Made by a program: the position numbers and the translations under genes. A DNA stretch of 64,000 bases from Camelus ferus. Its lineage: Eukaryota. The notes under the pieces were generated by a model. The model saw only the letters and a program-made list of their open reading frames with translations, was not told where the DNA came from and did not search any database. The DNA is taken from assembly GCF_009834535.1 (NCBI RefSeq), contig NC_045697.1, positions 50,904,001 to 50,968,000 of the forward strand, in the 5' to 3' direction. Positions within the stretch are counted from its first letter, which is position 1. Each line of letters starts with the position of its first letter. This document shows, piece by piece, positions 51,477 to 64,000 of the stretch.

Positions 51477-53282
51477 TTAAACATTATTTATTGATTTATA
51501 ATCACTTTACAATGTTGTGTCAAATTCCAGTGTAGAGTACAATTTTTCAGTTATACATGAACATATATATATTCATTGTCATATTTTTTCTGTGAGCTAC
51601 CATAAGATCTTGTGTATATTTCCCTGTGCTATACAGTATAATCTTGTTTATCTATTCTACAATTTTGAAATCCCATCTATCCCTTCCCACCCTGCCCCCC
51701 CCCCCTTGGCAACCACAAGTTTGTATTCTATGTCTGTGAGTCTGTTTCTGTTTTGTATTTACGCTTTGTTTGTTTGTTTTGGTTTTTTTTTTTTTTTTTA
51801 GATTCCACATATGAGCGATCTCATATGGTATTTTTCTTTCTCTTTCTGGCTTACTTCATTTAGAATGACATTCTCCAGGAGCATCCACGTTGCTGCAAAT
51901 GGTGTTATGTTGTCGGTTTTTATGGCTGAGTAGTGTTCCATTGTATAAATATACCACCTCTTCTTTATCCAGTCATCCATGGTTGGACATTTAGGCTGTC
52001 TCCATGTCTTGGCTATTGTAAATAGTGCTGCTATGAACATTGGGGTGCAGGTGTCATCCTGAAGTAGGGTTCCTTCTGGATATATGCCCAGGAGAGGGAT
52101 TCCTGGGTCATATGGTAAGTCTATTCCTAGTCTTTTGAGGAATCTCCATACTGTTTCCCACAGTGGCTGCGCCAAACTGCATTCCCACCAGCGATGAAGA
52201 AGGATTCCCCTTTCTCCACAGCCTCTCCAGCATTTGTCATTTGTGGACTTTTGAATGATGGCTATTCTGACTGCTGTGAGTTGATACCTCATTGTAGTTT
52301 TGATTTGCATTTCTCTGATAATTAGTGATACTGAGCATTTTTTCATGTGCCTATTGATCATTTGTATGTCTTCCTTGGAGAATTGCTTGTTTAGGTCTTC
52401 TGCCCATTTTTGGATTGGGTTGTATGGTTGTTTCTTAAGTCGTATTAGCTGCTTAAATATTCTGGAGATCAAGCCTTTGTCGGTTCCATTTGCAAAAATT
52501 TTCTCTGATTCCGTAGGTTGTGTTTTTGTTTTACTTATGGTTTCCTTTGCTGTGCAGAAGCTTATAAGTTTAATTAGATCCCATTTGTTTATTCTTGCTT
52601 TTATTTCTATTGCTTGAGTAGACTGTTCTAGGAGAACAGTCAGATAATGTTTTGCCTATATTTTCTTCAAGGAGGTTTATTGTATCTTGTCTTATGTTTA
52701 AGTCTTTGATCCATTTTGAGTTTATTTTTGTGTATGGTGTAAGGTAGTGTTCTAGCTTCATTGCTTTACAAGCTGCTGTCCGGTTTTCCCAACACCATCT
52801 GCTGAAGAGACTGTCTTTATTCCATTGTATATTCTTGCCTCCTTTGTCAAAGATTAGTTAACCAAAAGTTTGTGGGTTCATTTCTGGGCTCTCTATTCTG
52901 TTCCACTGGTCTATATGTCTGTTTTTGTACCAATACCATGCTGTCTTGATGACTATAGCTCTATAGTTTTGTCTGAAGTCTGGGAGAGTTATTCCTCCAG
53001 CTTCTTTCTTTCTTTTCAGTAATGCTTTGGCAATTCTAGGTCTTTGATGGTTCCATATAAATTTTATTATTATTTGTTCTAGTTCTGTGAAATATGTCCT
53101 GGGTAATTTGATAGGGACTGCATTAAATCTGTAGATTGCCTTGGGCAGTGTGACCATCTTCACAATATTGATTCTTCAAATCCAAGAGCACCCAAAGTAA
53201 TAAAATACCTAGGAATAAATCAAACCAAGGAGGTGAAAGAATTACACACAGAAAACTATAAACCATTGATGAAAGAAATTAC
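51477..53282 (-). mobile_element. Young 5'-truncated L1 with short 5' inversion (about 53191-53282 on +) and 13-bp TSD
   Basis: ORF2 pieces at 51798-52472, 52570-52761 and 52858-53163 ('[16 protein letters not shown]', 'GGITLPDFR'); TSD agaaacattattt at 51464-51476 and 53283-53295; a 14-nt deletion at about 52638 relative to the 11.7-kb copy. Confidence 0.95.
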
Positions 53283-54424
53283 AGAAACATTATTTCAGCC
53301 AGGCAGAATTCCTCATGGGGCCTCTCTTTTCCCCTTTTTGTATTCTCAGTAAAATATAAGCTCTGTACCAAGAACCAGCAGCTTCAAACACCCTAAGCCC
53401 ATCTGTGCATTTGCAGGGATGGAGCAGAAGAATCACTTTTAAATCACTAACTCCTGGTTGTAGCAGAACTGTGGATAAACTGAAAAATGAAAAAGGAAAT
53501 CTTAGCACATATTCCAAATCAAATACTAAAAACTTGGAAATAGGATTCCTTATATAGGGAATTATGCCAAAGTGAGACATACTGGGTACATTTTATCACC
53601 AGGAGCATTTTATCATCAACTTTAGCGTGATTATCAGCACAACTTTGACCCACTTACAAATTTGAGAATCATTAGCACGTGGTTTGTGTTGTTCTCTCTC
53701 AGAGCTCTTGTTCTGCTTGGTCTGCCTTTCTTCCTGTCGCTCTGTTACACAGGTGTCAGTCTCTCAAACTGATCACCAAGGGGAAAAACATATGTCAATC
53801 TCTGTATTTCTGGCTCTTCTAGTATTTCTTCATATACCCTCTTTGTCATCTTTCTTTAGACTTTGAAAATTAAATTTTGACATGACAGAGGAACATTTGT
53901 ATGTTCTTTTTCCTTTACTACTATTTTCCCTAAATTATATAAAGAATATCATTTTCAATTTAAAATGGGAAACTAATATCAAAAGAGAGTAAAATTGATT
54001 TTTTTCAAAAGCACATATTGAGTAATAAGAATAAAGTAAAACACCTTAATATTGTAAAGCTTATAGGGGTGGAGGAGGGGCTGGAAGAGGACAGAGAAAA
54101 CAACACAGTGTTCCCGAAACAAATTATTTTGTGACTTATGTGAATAACCATGAAGAGCAGGTTCGGAGGATGCCTCCTAGAAACCCACTCAAAGTGAGTT
54201 ACAGTTAAAACTTTAAACTCTAAGTTTGTTTTCTTATAGTTGAAGACTTTTGAGAACATTTCACTTATTCTGAGTATTAATTGCCTTAAACATAGGAAAA
54301 AAATCTTTGAAAAGAATCTTAGAACAGACCAATTTATAGAAAATCACAAAAGAATTAATCTGTAAACCTTTTCCAAACTGCAAAAACAATGTTGGTAAAA
54401 AGAAAAAAGAGGAAACCTTAAAGA

Positions 54425-54582
54425 CATTCAGACCTTAATTCAAATCATTTGTTCCACTACTTAGTAAGTGTCTGAAATGGAGATAATGACACCCCTGCCT
54501 TGCTGGGATGGTCTGAGGAGTAAATAAGATCACATCCATAAAACAGCTCACATTCTAAGCATAGGACCCAAAGCAGGCACGT

Positions 54583-54615
<33 letters not shown>
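54425..54615 (+). mobile_element. MIR remnant ending in a pure A30 tract (54586-54615)
   Basis: 'ttcaaatc...ccactacttagt...gaaatggagataatgac...gtctgaggagtaaataagat' followed by 30 A. Confidence 0.65.
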
Positions 54616-54619
<4 letters not shown>

Positions 54620-55019
54620 TCTTTCCCTCCCCAACCAAACCTTTATGTCCATACGTTAAACTCTACTTAAAAACTCCCCCCAAAATACTTTCACACACTA
54701 GGGACACAAGAAACAATTTCACTTTGTCATAAACTAATTTATGAATGCATCACAGGAACATACCATTAATATTATTCTAATGTTTTAAGGTGTCCTCCCA
54801 TGATCTCAGAAAGGGGGAAGAGATGACCATGATGGCTCACCAGTCCCCCTCCTGGATCTTCATCAACGAGAGGACGTTCATTACCAGGTAACTATACACC
54901 TGTGTTATGTTACTCTACTATTCCATCATTTGTGGAGTATACCCCAGCCTCCTAAAAGAAGGATACAGTCATCTTTCCCACTTACAAGATGAGAAACCAT
55001 CGAAGAATATTAAGTACAT

Positions 55020-55800
55020 GAGTGACTGGATTGGTCTGGCTGCTGCTTGAAGAACAGACTGAAAAGGGGACAAAAGTAGAAGCAGAGAAACTATCAAGGA
55101 GCTGATAGGCCAGAGTAGAGGTGCTGGTGGTTTGGACCAGGTGGCAGTGATGGAAGTAGGGAAAAAGGGGTCAGATTCTGAGTATATTTTGAAGGAAGGG
55201 ACAATAGGACTTCCTCAATGATTAGATGTGGAATATGAGAGAAAGAGAATAATCAAAGATTTTGGTCTAGACAAGTGGATTAACACTCTCTGATATTAAA
55301 AAGACTACAGGAGGAGCAGGTTTAGGGGAGAAGATTAGGGGGTCAGTCCTAGACACGTAACATTAGAGATTGAATAAGATCACCAAGGGAATTAGTGTGA
55401 ATAGAAAAGATTCAAGGTCCCAGGTTAGAAAAGAGTGAAATGAAGATGGAAAACCAGGAGACAAGAAGGCAAGGCAGAAGTATGTTGGATGCAAAGAAGG
55501 AATGTGGACTCTGAACAGAGAGGAGGAGCAGTGACGTAGCAGGTATTTATATGAGACACCACTTTGGGATGTCAAGGTAATAAGTGTTGATGGAGATGCA
55601 GGAACAAGAAGGAAGTTGGAGAGATGGGAAACTGGAAGACTGAGAAATTAATTTTTAAAATGTTAAGTACAGATGACTGATAATGAAGGTCAGAAGAGGT
55701 AATATCCACAAAAAACAAAAGGGAGACAGAAAGACTGTAGAGAGTGGTAAGAGATGGACATGGTAACAGGATGGACATTGTTGAGAGGACCTGAGAGATG
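55020..55800 (-). mobile_element. L2 LINE
   Basis: 'ggtggtttggaccaggtggcagtgatggaag...tcagattctgagtatattttgaagg', 'ggaggagcaggtttaggggg'. Confidence 0.75.
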
Positions 55801-57589
55801 AGAGTTTGGAAAGAAAAAAAGATGAGAAAAGGATGTAAGTGATCTGCAGGAGAAGCAGGAGGTGACTGAGGTTCAAGCTAGATGATGGAGAAGATGGGAG
55901 AGGCTGTGGATGAAAGGCAAGAGGATGACAGAAGGGGCAGATCAGGATAAGAGCCCAGGACCACCCCCAAGAAGGTCCCCCTGCCACATTTGCCTCCTCC
56001 CAGAGAAAATTACGGAAGCAACAGAGGTGTCTCCAAAAACAGTAGCTCCGGGTCTGCACCAGCGTTTCTTTTGCCTAAATGTCTTCTGTGCAACCAGGAA
56101 AGTTTAGTCAACCTAGAAAAGAGATTTATCACACTGGGGGGGAAGTTTCGAGAAGGAACAGTACACAGCATAAGAAAAGATTGTACAAACCCATGTACGT
56201 ATTTTCCTGTTATTAAACTCTGCTTGACTCCATTCAGCACATGAAGTCATGATTCCCATCTCCCTCTTCCAGTGCATTGCTAACTACTCCTGGGGCCCAC
56301 CTCTCGGCCATTCTCCCTTGGGCTACTTCAGCAGTGCAGCTGCTCTTCACCTCTTAGATTCCTGAGGAAGCAGGGTCCTTTCTCACTCAGACCTTTAGAT
56401 CAGATTAAAATACACTCTAAACAGGCACCACGTAATCCAAATAGCAATCCACAGTCCCCTGTCTGTGCTCGCTTGCATCTCCATGAACTGGGACTTCTCT
56501 TCCCCAGCAAAGCCTCAAGACAAATGTCCTAGAAAAGCCCCAGTGCCCTACCTAACTCTTGTCTGCTTTGAGGGGTAGTTCTGTTCTTCCCAATCTCTGC
56601 TATTTATACGCGTGTTTCTCTTTATTCTCCAGGTTCTTTCTGTTCCTAGAATCCTCAGTTTCTCTAGAACAGCTTTCTTCCACCTTCATGAAGCTCCTGG
56701 TTCTGTTCTAAATTGATTTATGTCTATTTCATCTTTAGCCCTGATCAGCCGATGGTAACTTCTCATCCTGGATAACCAGTCCTTCCTTTTATTCATCTCA
56801 TGTAGTCACAGTATGAAAATCAAGGCTTTTCCCTGAAACAAAAACCTATTCCACACACTGGTAGTTACCAAGTCAACTTTTGTTTCTTTTGCAATATTTT
56901 ATAGTTTCCCAGTCTCAGTTCCTCACTTTTCCCATGAAATCCTCCCTGAATGGCAATAAGATTTTAATTAGCTTGTTAACTACTTGTGAAATTGTTCTTT
57001 TAAAATATTTATTTCCTAAATATAAAAATTATGATTATTTTATAAATTATTATATTTTATATGTTTAGATTAATTATAAGAGCTGAGAAAATCTGGAAAC
57101 ATGTAGATTAAAAGAATAAAAACTATCCATAATCTCACTACTCAGAAAAAAAATGCACTGTTAAGTTTTATCATATTCCTCATCTTCTAAGGATTCTATT
57201 TTATATAATTGAGATTATACTGTACATTGTTTTTCACTGTGCTGCAAATATTTCCCCATACTGTTAAAAAAAAAAAAAGCTTCCTAAAGATGATCTTAAT
57301 GATACTGTAGCATTCAATGATACAGAAATGTCATAAACATTCCTTTAATTTTGACCTTCAAGATGGCTTCAAGCTTTTTGAATAGCACAAGGGCTAGTTC
57401 ACAGTAGTGGAATTACTGGATAAAAGCATCCAAGTAAATCTCATGTTATTGCTACTAATTGGGTTTCTAAAACACTTTGATGCACTTTCCCTCCACCAAC
57501 AGCTTGTTTTATTATCTCATAAAATTGCTTGGTTTCCCAAGGTAGAAGGTAAGCCCTTTGAAGGTAAGACCTGAGCATCTTTTGTGTCC

Positions 57590-57865
57590 TATTTCCTAAG
57601 GTGGGGTATCAGGATGACCTTGGTACATGAGATGATTTTAGGTTGGACACAGATAATTATTTTTTTATTTGAACACTTAAAGAATGTATTAGAAAAATAT
57701 AACTAGCACATACAATCTTTGATTTCACAAACATTATTGCACAGGACAAATAAAAACTTACTTAAAAGAAGAGTCAACTAGAAAAATATTAAGTGATAAG
57801 AGATGGTACTTGGAGTTGGCCAAACTCATGAAAGTGTTACATGAATAGTTAGTTTTGACGGCCAT
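57590..57865. mobile_element. Probable hAT-Charlie non-autonomous element (MER113-like)
   Basis: 'ggtacatgagatgattttaggt...gaaaaatataactagcaca...gatttcaca..cattattgc'. Recognised from memory. Confidence 0.5.
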
Positions 57866-60299
57866 AGCACTCAGTCAGAATTTATCAATCACTTTCCTAC
57901 AAAATACCTTTAAAAATCAGAACTCTGTAATTTTTTTACCTCTGAAGATATTCTTGATAAATACATTCTAATGATTAGAAGTATAAAAGGAGAGAGAAAA
58001 CTAACAAAATCTGAAAACCTGTATGCATTCCCATTTTATGAGTGGCTTATAATGAAACATGTCACAATGAAGCCACAAATTTGGGAGGAGGATATTTTCA
58101 AAGAAGTGTCTGCATTTCTAGCGACCCTTATATTGTGTCATATTTTGAGTCGACTGAATTGAGAACTTGTTTATCTTCTATAGCTCTGAGGCCCTCTCAG
58201 GCCCTAGTGTCCATGTATTATTGGCACTCCAGACTCCAAATAAAATCATGCAGCATTTATACAAACACTAGACTTGAAGACAGCATTTCCAAAATGTGGG
58301 CCATGGACTGCCTACCTCCCCATCAGATGCCTGCTGACAATGCAGACACTGTGTTCCGCCCCAGAACTACTCAGGTGATTCTGATGCATCCGGAAGTCTA
58401 GGAACCACTGCTCAGAGAAGGAAAGGAATAAAGTTTGAGAACGTCTGACCACTTAAAATAAACAAAACTTCTGGAGCAGGGGGAAATCTTTACAAAATAG
58501 TCATCAGAAATTTTAATGGCACCACTAACCACCTGTGATACCCAGCTTGTCATAAATCTGGCAAACACCTTCATTCATTTACTTATTCACCTAATAATTC
58601 AGCTCCTACTCTGCAGGAGGCATTATTCTGGCAAACAAGACAGAAATCACCAACTTATTAAGGGATGTTTATTTTCATGCACAGAAATATATGAAAATAG
58701 GAAAATAGAATCTCCTTAATGGAAATTTTGCTTTCAACAAATTTCTTGAGAACTACATATGGTCATGAAATAAGAGATCTTGATTGAATAACACAGTAAG
58801 CAATGTAATATTTACGTCTTACTACTGGATAAGAATTCTCTTGAGTTTAGCAACTTCCCTGACTAAAGAGTATTAGCATAAGTTAGCTTCATGCTCAAAT
58901 GGCTAAGTTTCCAGTTGCTGTTTAGTTGCCTGGGGTCATCGCTGCTCTGTTGCTTCACATGGTAAATATTCTAAGTGAGGTGACTATTTGGGGAAAAAAA
59001 TGGTCCCATATGGTTGCTTTCAAAGTAGTATTTTCATTTCAGGTCTTACATTGAAATCAGGGCACTTTAGGGGTGAGTAAATACCAAAAAGAAGGTTAAA
59101 TCTGTTTTAGAATGCAAATCAGATTCCACTCTCAGAATCTGTTAGATTTTTTCTCCCACTTAGGAACCTAATATAAACCCTCGCAGGCTGCAACTCTTCC
59201 AACTGCAGCCACAAGGCAAGTGTGCATTCCTGTCCTTACTAACTCACTTTAATTAGCATGATGTAATAAATTTTAGCAGAAAGTGCATCATTCCAAACAG
59301 TTTCGTTTTGCAAGCATGTTGGCTGGCACCCTTTGCTGAAACAAAGGAACCAGCCACCTGCTCCTCTGAGCACATATTCAGCACAAAGAGCTAGTGTTCC
59401 AGAGGCTGCCTCCTACCTAGCCAGTAGAGCCTGAGGGTAACATTTGCCCATGTTCCACAGCCAGGGTCTTCTCTTGATCAAAGGAACTGGAGCAAACACT
59501 GCAAGCTCCAGCGTGCCTTGCAGGTAGCTGTATGAATAGAGGGCACTGCTCTCCTCAAGGCTGCTGGACTTCCTTCTTTGATAAAGGAGAAGGGAGCCCT
59601 CCTAACATATTTTTATAGGAGTCAGGATTTTTCTTTTTAAAGCTGGGGTAAAAAGTTTGAAACACATATAGGACCATCTCCTTTAAAACTGAGGAATTTT
59701 TTTCCATGTGGGGTTTGTTTTTTTTAAAAATTATGAAAAAATTCCCATTATTCATATTTGATGTCTTGCAAAAATAAAATTTCATTATGAGAAATTGGAT
59801 GTCACAGTTTCACCAAAAGGTCAATAATGTCACCTCCAGAAAGGTGAAAAAGGTCCTTAAGCTTTATATCCAATATTTTCAATGAGCATATATTGTCAAC
59901 AGTCATTGAGTGTATCAGGATGACAGTTATTCTCAATAAAATTCATCTACTCCACATTTACCTAGTTGATCACTTTCATCCATTAAAAAAACAAGAACAT
60001 CCATGTGCCCAAGACACACTGAAAATGTTTCAATAGAAAATCCGATGAAGTCAAGATTCAAAGACTCTAGAAATAGATGACACCGAGTTTACTTGAATTT
60101 CTGGTCGTGTTAGCTACACTGGTAGAAGATCTCTCCTCCTCTAAAAGTAGGTCAGGATTCAACTTTCAATATTTTATTCCCTAAACAAATAATTACTGAG
60201 AGCACGTCAGGGTCCAGATGCTGTGCTAGAAGCTAGGGTGAGCAGCTTTGAACAAAAACAGACAAGAACCTTATTCTCATGGAAGTTGTGGTCTGAAGC

Positions 60300-60488
60300 T
60301 GGAAGTCTTCAACTTGAGCCGTCATCAGAATCACTGGAGGGCTTGTTAAAATAAAGATTGCTGGGCCCCATTCCCAGAATTTCTGATCCAGGAGGTCCAG
60401 GCTGGAGCCAGCATTTGTACGTGTAACTTCAGGTTTCCAGGTGGTGCAGATGCTACTGCTCTGGGAATCACAGTGAGAACCACAGGGC
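60300..60488. mobile_element. MER5A (hAT-Charlie) nested in an antisense L2 (about 60170-60930)
   Basis: 'catcagaatcactggagggcttgttaaaataaagattgctgggccccattcccagaatttctga'. Confidence 0.8.
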
Positions 60489-61464
60489 TAAAGGCCCGAC
60501 GACCAACTGAGATAAGTGTTCAGCAGGAAAGGAACCCACTCCTATGAGAGAATAAGGATCTAGCCTAAGCCAGGGGGTCCACAGATCTGAGCATCAGGTA
60601 GCTAACTGGTTTAAGGGAGTCAGCGAGAGAGTACTCCTGATATATGGGGTCTGCTGGACATCCTCACAGCCAGAGGGGGCACGGAGTTCCAGTGAGTGAA
60701 AGTTCCTAGTGTGCCTGGGAAAAGCATCTCTTGAAAAGAGGCTAAAGATGAAGAGAGGCCAACCAGAGCTTTACCTGCTGTGATGGGGGTTTGGGATTTT
60801 TATCCCAAGAGTGGTGGAGATACATTTAAGGACGTTAAGCAAAGTAGATGATACGATTACTTATGTTCTATATATTCTGGATAGAGTGTAGAGAGTAGAG
60901 GGAAAATGCCCAAAATAGAACCAGGGAGGTTGCTTAATGTGTTTTTTCCCCAAATGGAAGGAGAATCAGTAGTCAAAGTCATGGTGGCATCACAGAAGAG
61001 CCCTGTAAGAGCCGGGGTGTCAGGAAAGCTCCTGTCTCTAGTTCACACTCAAGCAGATGGCCCTGAGGACCACTGACCACCTGTTGTGTTTCAGAAAATC
61101 TAGTAACAATCCCAGTGGTCCAAGATGCTGAAAGCCATATCAATAAAATAAGCGAAAGGCTTCATGAACAGAATAGACAGAGTGTTTCCCCATCCCAAGG
61201 GAACAAGGGGCATCGGACTGTGAAATCAAGGTAGTTATCCTCAATAAGCACAAAATTCCCCAGCTGTTCATACACAAAGGGTGTTATTTTACAGCCAGCC
61301 TGTATCTACTCCAATAATGACGGGTGTTGTGTGGCACACCTGTGTTTACTTTTTAACTGGCTTAAAAAAAAACTGTATAAGGTATCTACTAGAAAAACCT
61401 GACATGAAAGTTTAAATCATGAAACAATGAGAAGCAAGATCCCAGTATAAGCTAGATACCAACC

Positions 61465-62230
61465 TAGTTGTTCCGTTCCTTCATCTCTATACCCAGCCCC
61501 ACAGCCAAGTCCAATCAGCTCCACTTCCAACAACCAACAACTTCTCACCACCTGGTTCAAGCCACCACTATCTCTTGTCTGAACAACAGCAACAGCGTCC
61601 TAATTAGACCCCCTGCTTCATTCCCTGCCCCTACAATCCATTCTTGCCCAGCCACCAGAATGTCTCTCTATAATGGAGCACAGTATTCTGCTTGAACCCT
61701 CCAAAGCTTCCTGCTGCAGGCTTCTTACCTTACCCTAAAGATTCTCTAAAGTCCAGCATGATCTGGCCTGGGGGACTTTAGAACCTCATCCTGGGCCACT
61801 CTTCCCTTCTTTCTTTCCTTCAAACATGCCAAGTTTAGTCCTGCACACAGGACGTGGCACTAGCATCTCTTGCTTGGGACACGTTCCTTGACTCTTCACA
61901 AGGCTGGCTCTTTCCAATTATCCAGGTTTCAGTTTAATATTTCAGGCCTCCTGATCACCTGCTCTAAAATGCCCTCTCTAATGGGCTGCATCACAGGATG
62001 ATGTTTTGTTGTTCTCTTAGCATTTTTCGCTATGTAAAGTCAGCATGTTTCTTTATTTGCTCTTTTGGTTTGTGGGTGGTTGTTTTGGTTTTTTTTTTTT
62101 TCCAATCTTCTTCCTCCAGAAACTAAGTCCCATTACTGCAGGGGCCTCAGCGGTTTTAAGTCTTGCAGTATCTCTAGCATCTATTACATTATCTGTTACA
62201 TGGTAATCCCTCAATAAACTTTTTGTTGAT
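61465..62230 (+). mobile_element. L2 LINE 3' part
   Basis: 'ttcaagccaccactatctcttgtctgaacaacagcaacagcgtcctaat' and tail 'ctcaataaactttttgttga'. Confidence 0.75.
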
Positions 62231-62474
62231 GATGGTCATGGGAGTATCCAACCTCAAAAAACTAAGTCATGACTTTAGTATCTTGCCTTGATGTGTTACC
62301 CTTAGTACTGTTTTATACCTAGGAGTAAGGCGATTATCTGCATCAGGGCTTCTCGCTCCTTAACCTATATCCCAGTTTCCCGAGGATTTTGGTCAAAATA
62401 TAGATTCTGATTTCTAACAGATATCTCCCAGGCATTCAGACAATATGTGGATAGAAGGGTTCATCCTTAAATTC

Positions 62475-62850
62475 CATGATAGGCAGAATATTGGCCACCC
62501 AAAAATGTCACTTCCTAATCCCCTGAACCTTTGAATATTTTACATTACGTGACAAAAGGGAACTAAGGTTACAGATGGAATTAAGGGTACTAATCAGCTG
62601 ACTTCAAAATATGGAGGCTAGCCAGATGAGCCTGACATGATCACCATGGTCCTTAAATGTGGGAGAGGAGGAGAGCTATGTGGACAGAGTCCATATCAGA
62701 GTGAGGGAGTAAGAATGACTCCCTGGCCATTGCTGGCTTTGAAGATGGAAAAGGGGACCTGAAGGCAAGGAATCTGGGCAGACTGTGGAGCCTGGAGAAA
62801 GCAAGGGAATGTATCCCCCTGAGAACCTCCAGAAGGAATTCCTCACAAGG
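62475..62850 (+). mobile_element. MLT1D/E-type MaLR LTR (partial)
   Basis: 'ggcagaatattggcc...ctaatcccctgaacc...gatggaattaaggg.actaatcagctgac...tgctggctttgaagatggaaaagggg'. Confidence 0.8.
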
Positions 62851-63064
62851 AATGTCTGCAAGGACAGTGTTCTCAGGCCTCTTACTTCAGTGACAGAGGG
62901 GATGGATGGAGGAGGCAGAAGCTTTGGTAGGCCAGTTAAGTGTAACCATTTTAGTTTCAGTTGGAATGACCACCTATTTCAACCTGCAGTCTGCCAGAGA
63001 GAGACTTCCCTTCCCCTGAAAGGATACGATCACCAGGATTCTCAGCACCCTCAGATCTAAGAGA

Positions 63065-63235
63065 ATGGATCTCAAAGTGTGGTCTCTGGACTAGCAGCAT
63101 CAGAATCACCTGGCAACATGTTAGAAATGCAAATTCTCAGGACCCCCCTAGACATAACTCAGTAAGAAACTTTGGAGGTGCCGTTCACGATCTGTTTCAA
63201 CAAGCCCTTCAGGCAATTCCAGTTTTAGACCACCT
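63065..63235. mobile_element. MER5A (hAT-Charlie)
   Basis: 'tctcaaagtgtggtctctggactagcagcatcagaatcacctggcaacatgttagaaatgcaaattctcagg'. Confidence 0.85.
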
Positions 63236-64000
63236 ATAATATAGCACATGGACCACCACATTTCATGTTGTCCACACATATGGGAACACATAATTTTTTC
63301 TGTAGTTTTCAAACAGTATTTTCTTGGGCTCTAAATGTTCCTTTGTTATCTACAATCCACTACAACAAAAAAAGACTATTTCATCAAAGTGGGGGTCAAG
63401 TCCCTGCTTTGGATTAGAACAGAAATATAAAAATCTGATGTTCGAGAATTGTTAGGGCTGTGAGCCAGAGATCATCCTTCTCTGTGTTTTACACCAGATG
63501 AGGAGACTAGAGAGCATGGACTTGCTTCATTCTTTCCTCTCCGTCCACAAACTGCTTGGGCCGCCCCTAAGAAGTCAGCTGCATATGATAACAGAAACCA
63601 AAGTCTGATGTGGAGGCAGCTCTAACTAGAATAATAGGCTGTGAATTTTAAAAAAATTTTTTTTCATAAAAATCTTCCATGGAGGGAAAGGGAAGCTAAA
63701 CCATAGAGAGAAAGGGAGTAGTAAGTGTCTTCCATTTTTCCGGGGTTGTTGGAAAACATGCTAGTGTGTTAAAGTATCAAGTACTGACAGTTACCCTTAT
63801 AGAATGAGTCTCTTATAAGTCAGATACCAAACCTAAGCACATCCCAGTCTTCTTCAGAAGCACTAGGTTTTAATAAAGGATGCCTCTCCCTGTGATCCCC
63901 TCTTCATGTCTTGTCAACCTCTAGTGACAGTTGTTCTGAGTAGCTAAAGCCCCTTTCTCAAATGATGAAGTTTTCATAATCAAGAAAACATTTTGAATGT

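Noticed and set aside
51798..53163. Longest ORFs (224, 101 and 63 aa) as a host gene
   Set aside because: They are frameshifted pieces of L1 ORF2 in a truncated element.
56610..56760. Candidate internal exon (strong acceptor tctctttattctccag and a downstream gtaact)
   Set aside because: The donor is weak, no convincing reading frame crosses it, and such acceptors are common in pyrimidine-rich DNA.
1..64000. CRISPR array, operon or other prokaryotic-type system
   Set aside because: The sequence is eutherian genomic DNA dominated by L1, L2, MIR and LTR repeats, with no repeat-spacer array and no gene-dense ORF structure.

Overview
Mammalian (eutherian) genomic DNA that is AT-rich and dense in repeats. 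Four tRNA-Ala-derived SINEs and the young L1 3' ends point to a camelid (inference from recalled repeat families, not from a search). I cannot support any host protein-coding exon. The ORF-track entries with recognisable similarity are L1 ORF2 or hAT transposase remnants; the rest look like chance ORFs. Best-supported non-routine elements: (1) a near full-length 7SK retrocopy at 35795-36097 (-) with an 11-bp TSD, missing the HEXIM-binding GAUC hairpin; (2) two young L1s with twin-priming-type 5' inversions, one with a possible short 3' transduction; (3) two MER41-like ERV1 solo LTRs pointing away from each other; (4) a CpG-enriched, promoter-like region at about 41.6-42.6 kb with four plus-strand splice donors, probably the first exon of an unidentified plus-strand gene; (5) an octamer/AP-1 motif cluster at 7.3-7.8 kb. 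I found no convincing novel multi-gene system. Repeat family names come from recalled consensus sequences, and boundaries of ancient repeats are approximate.
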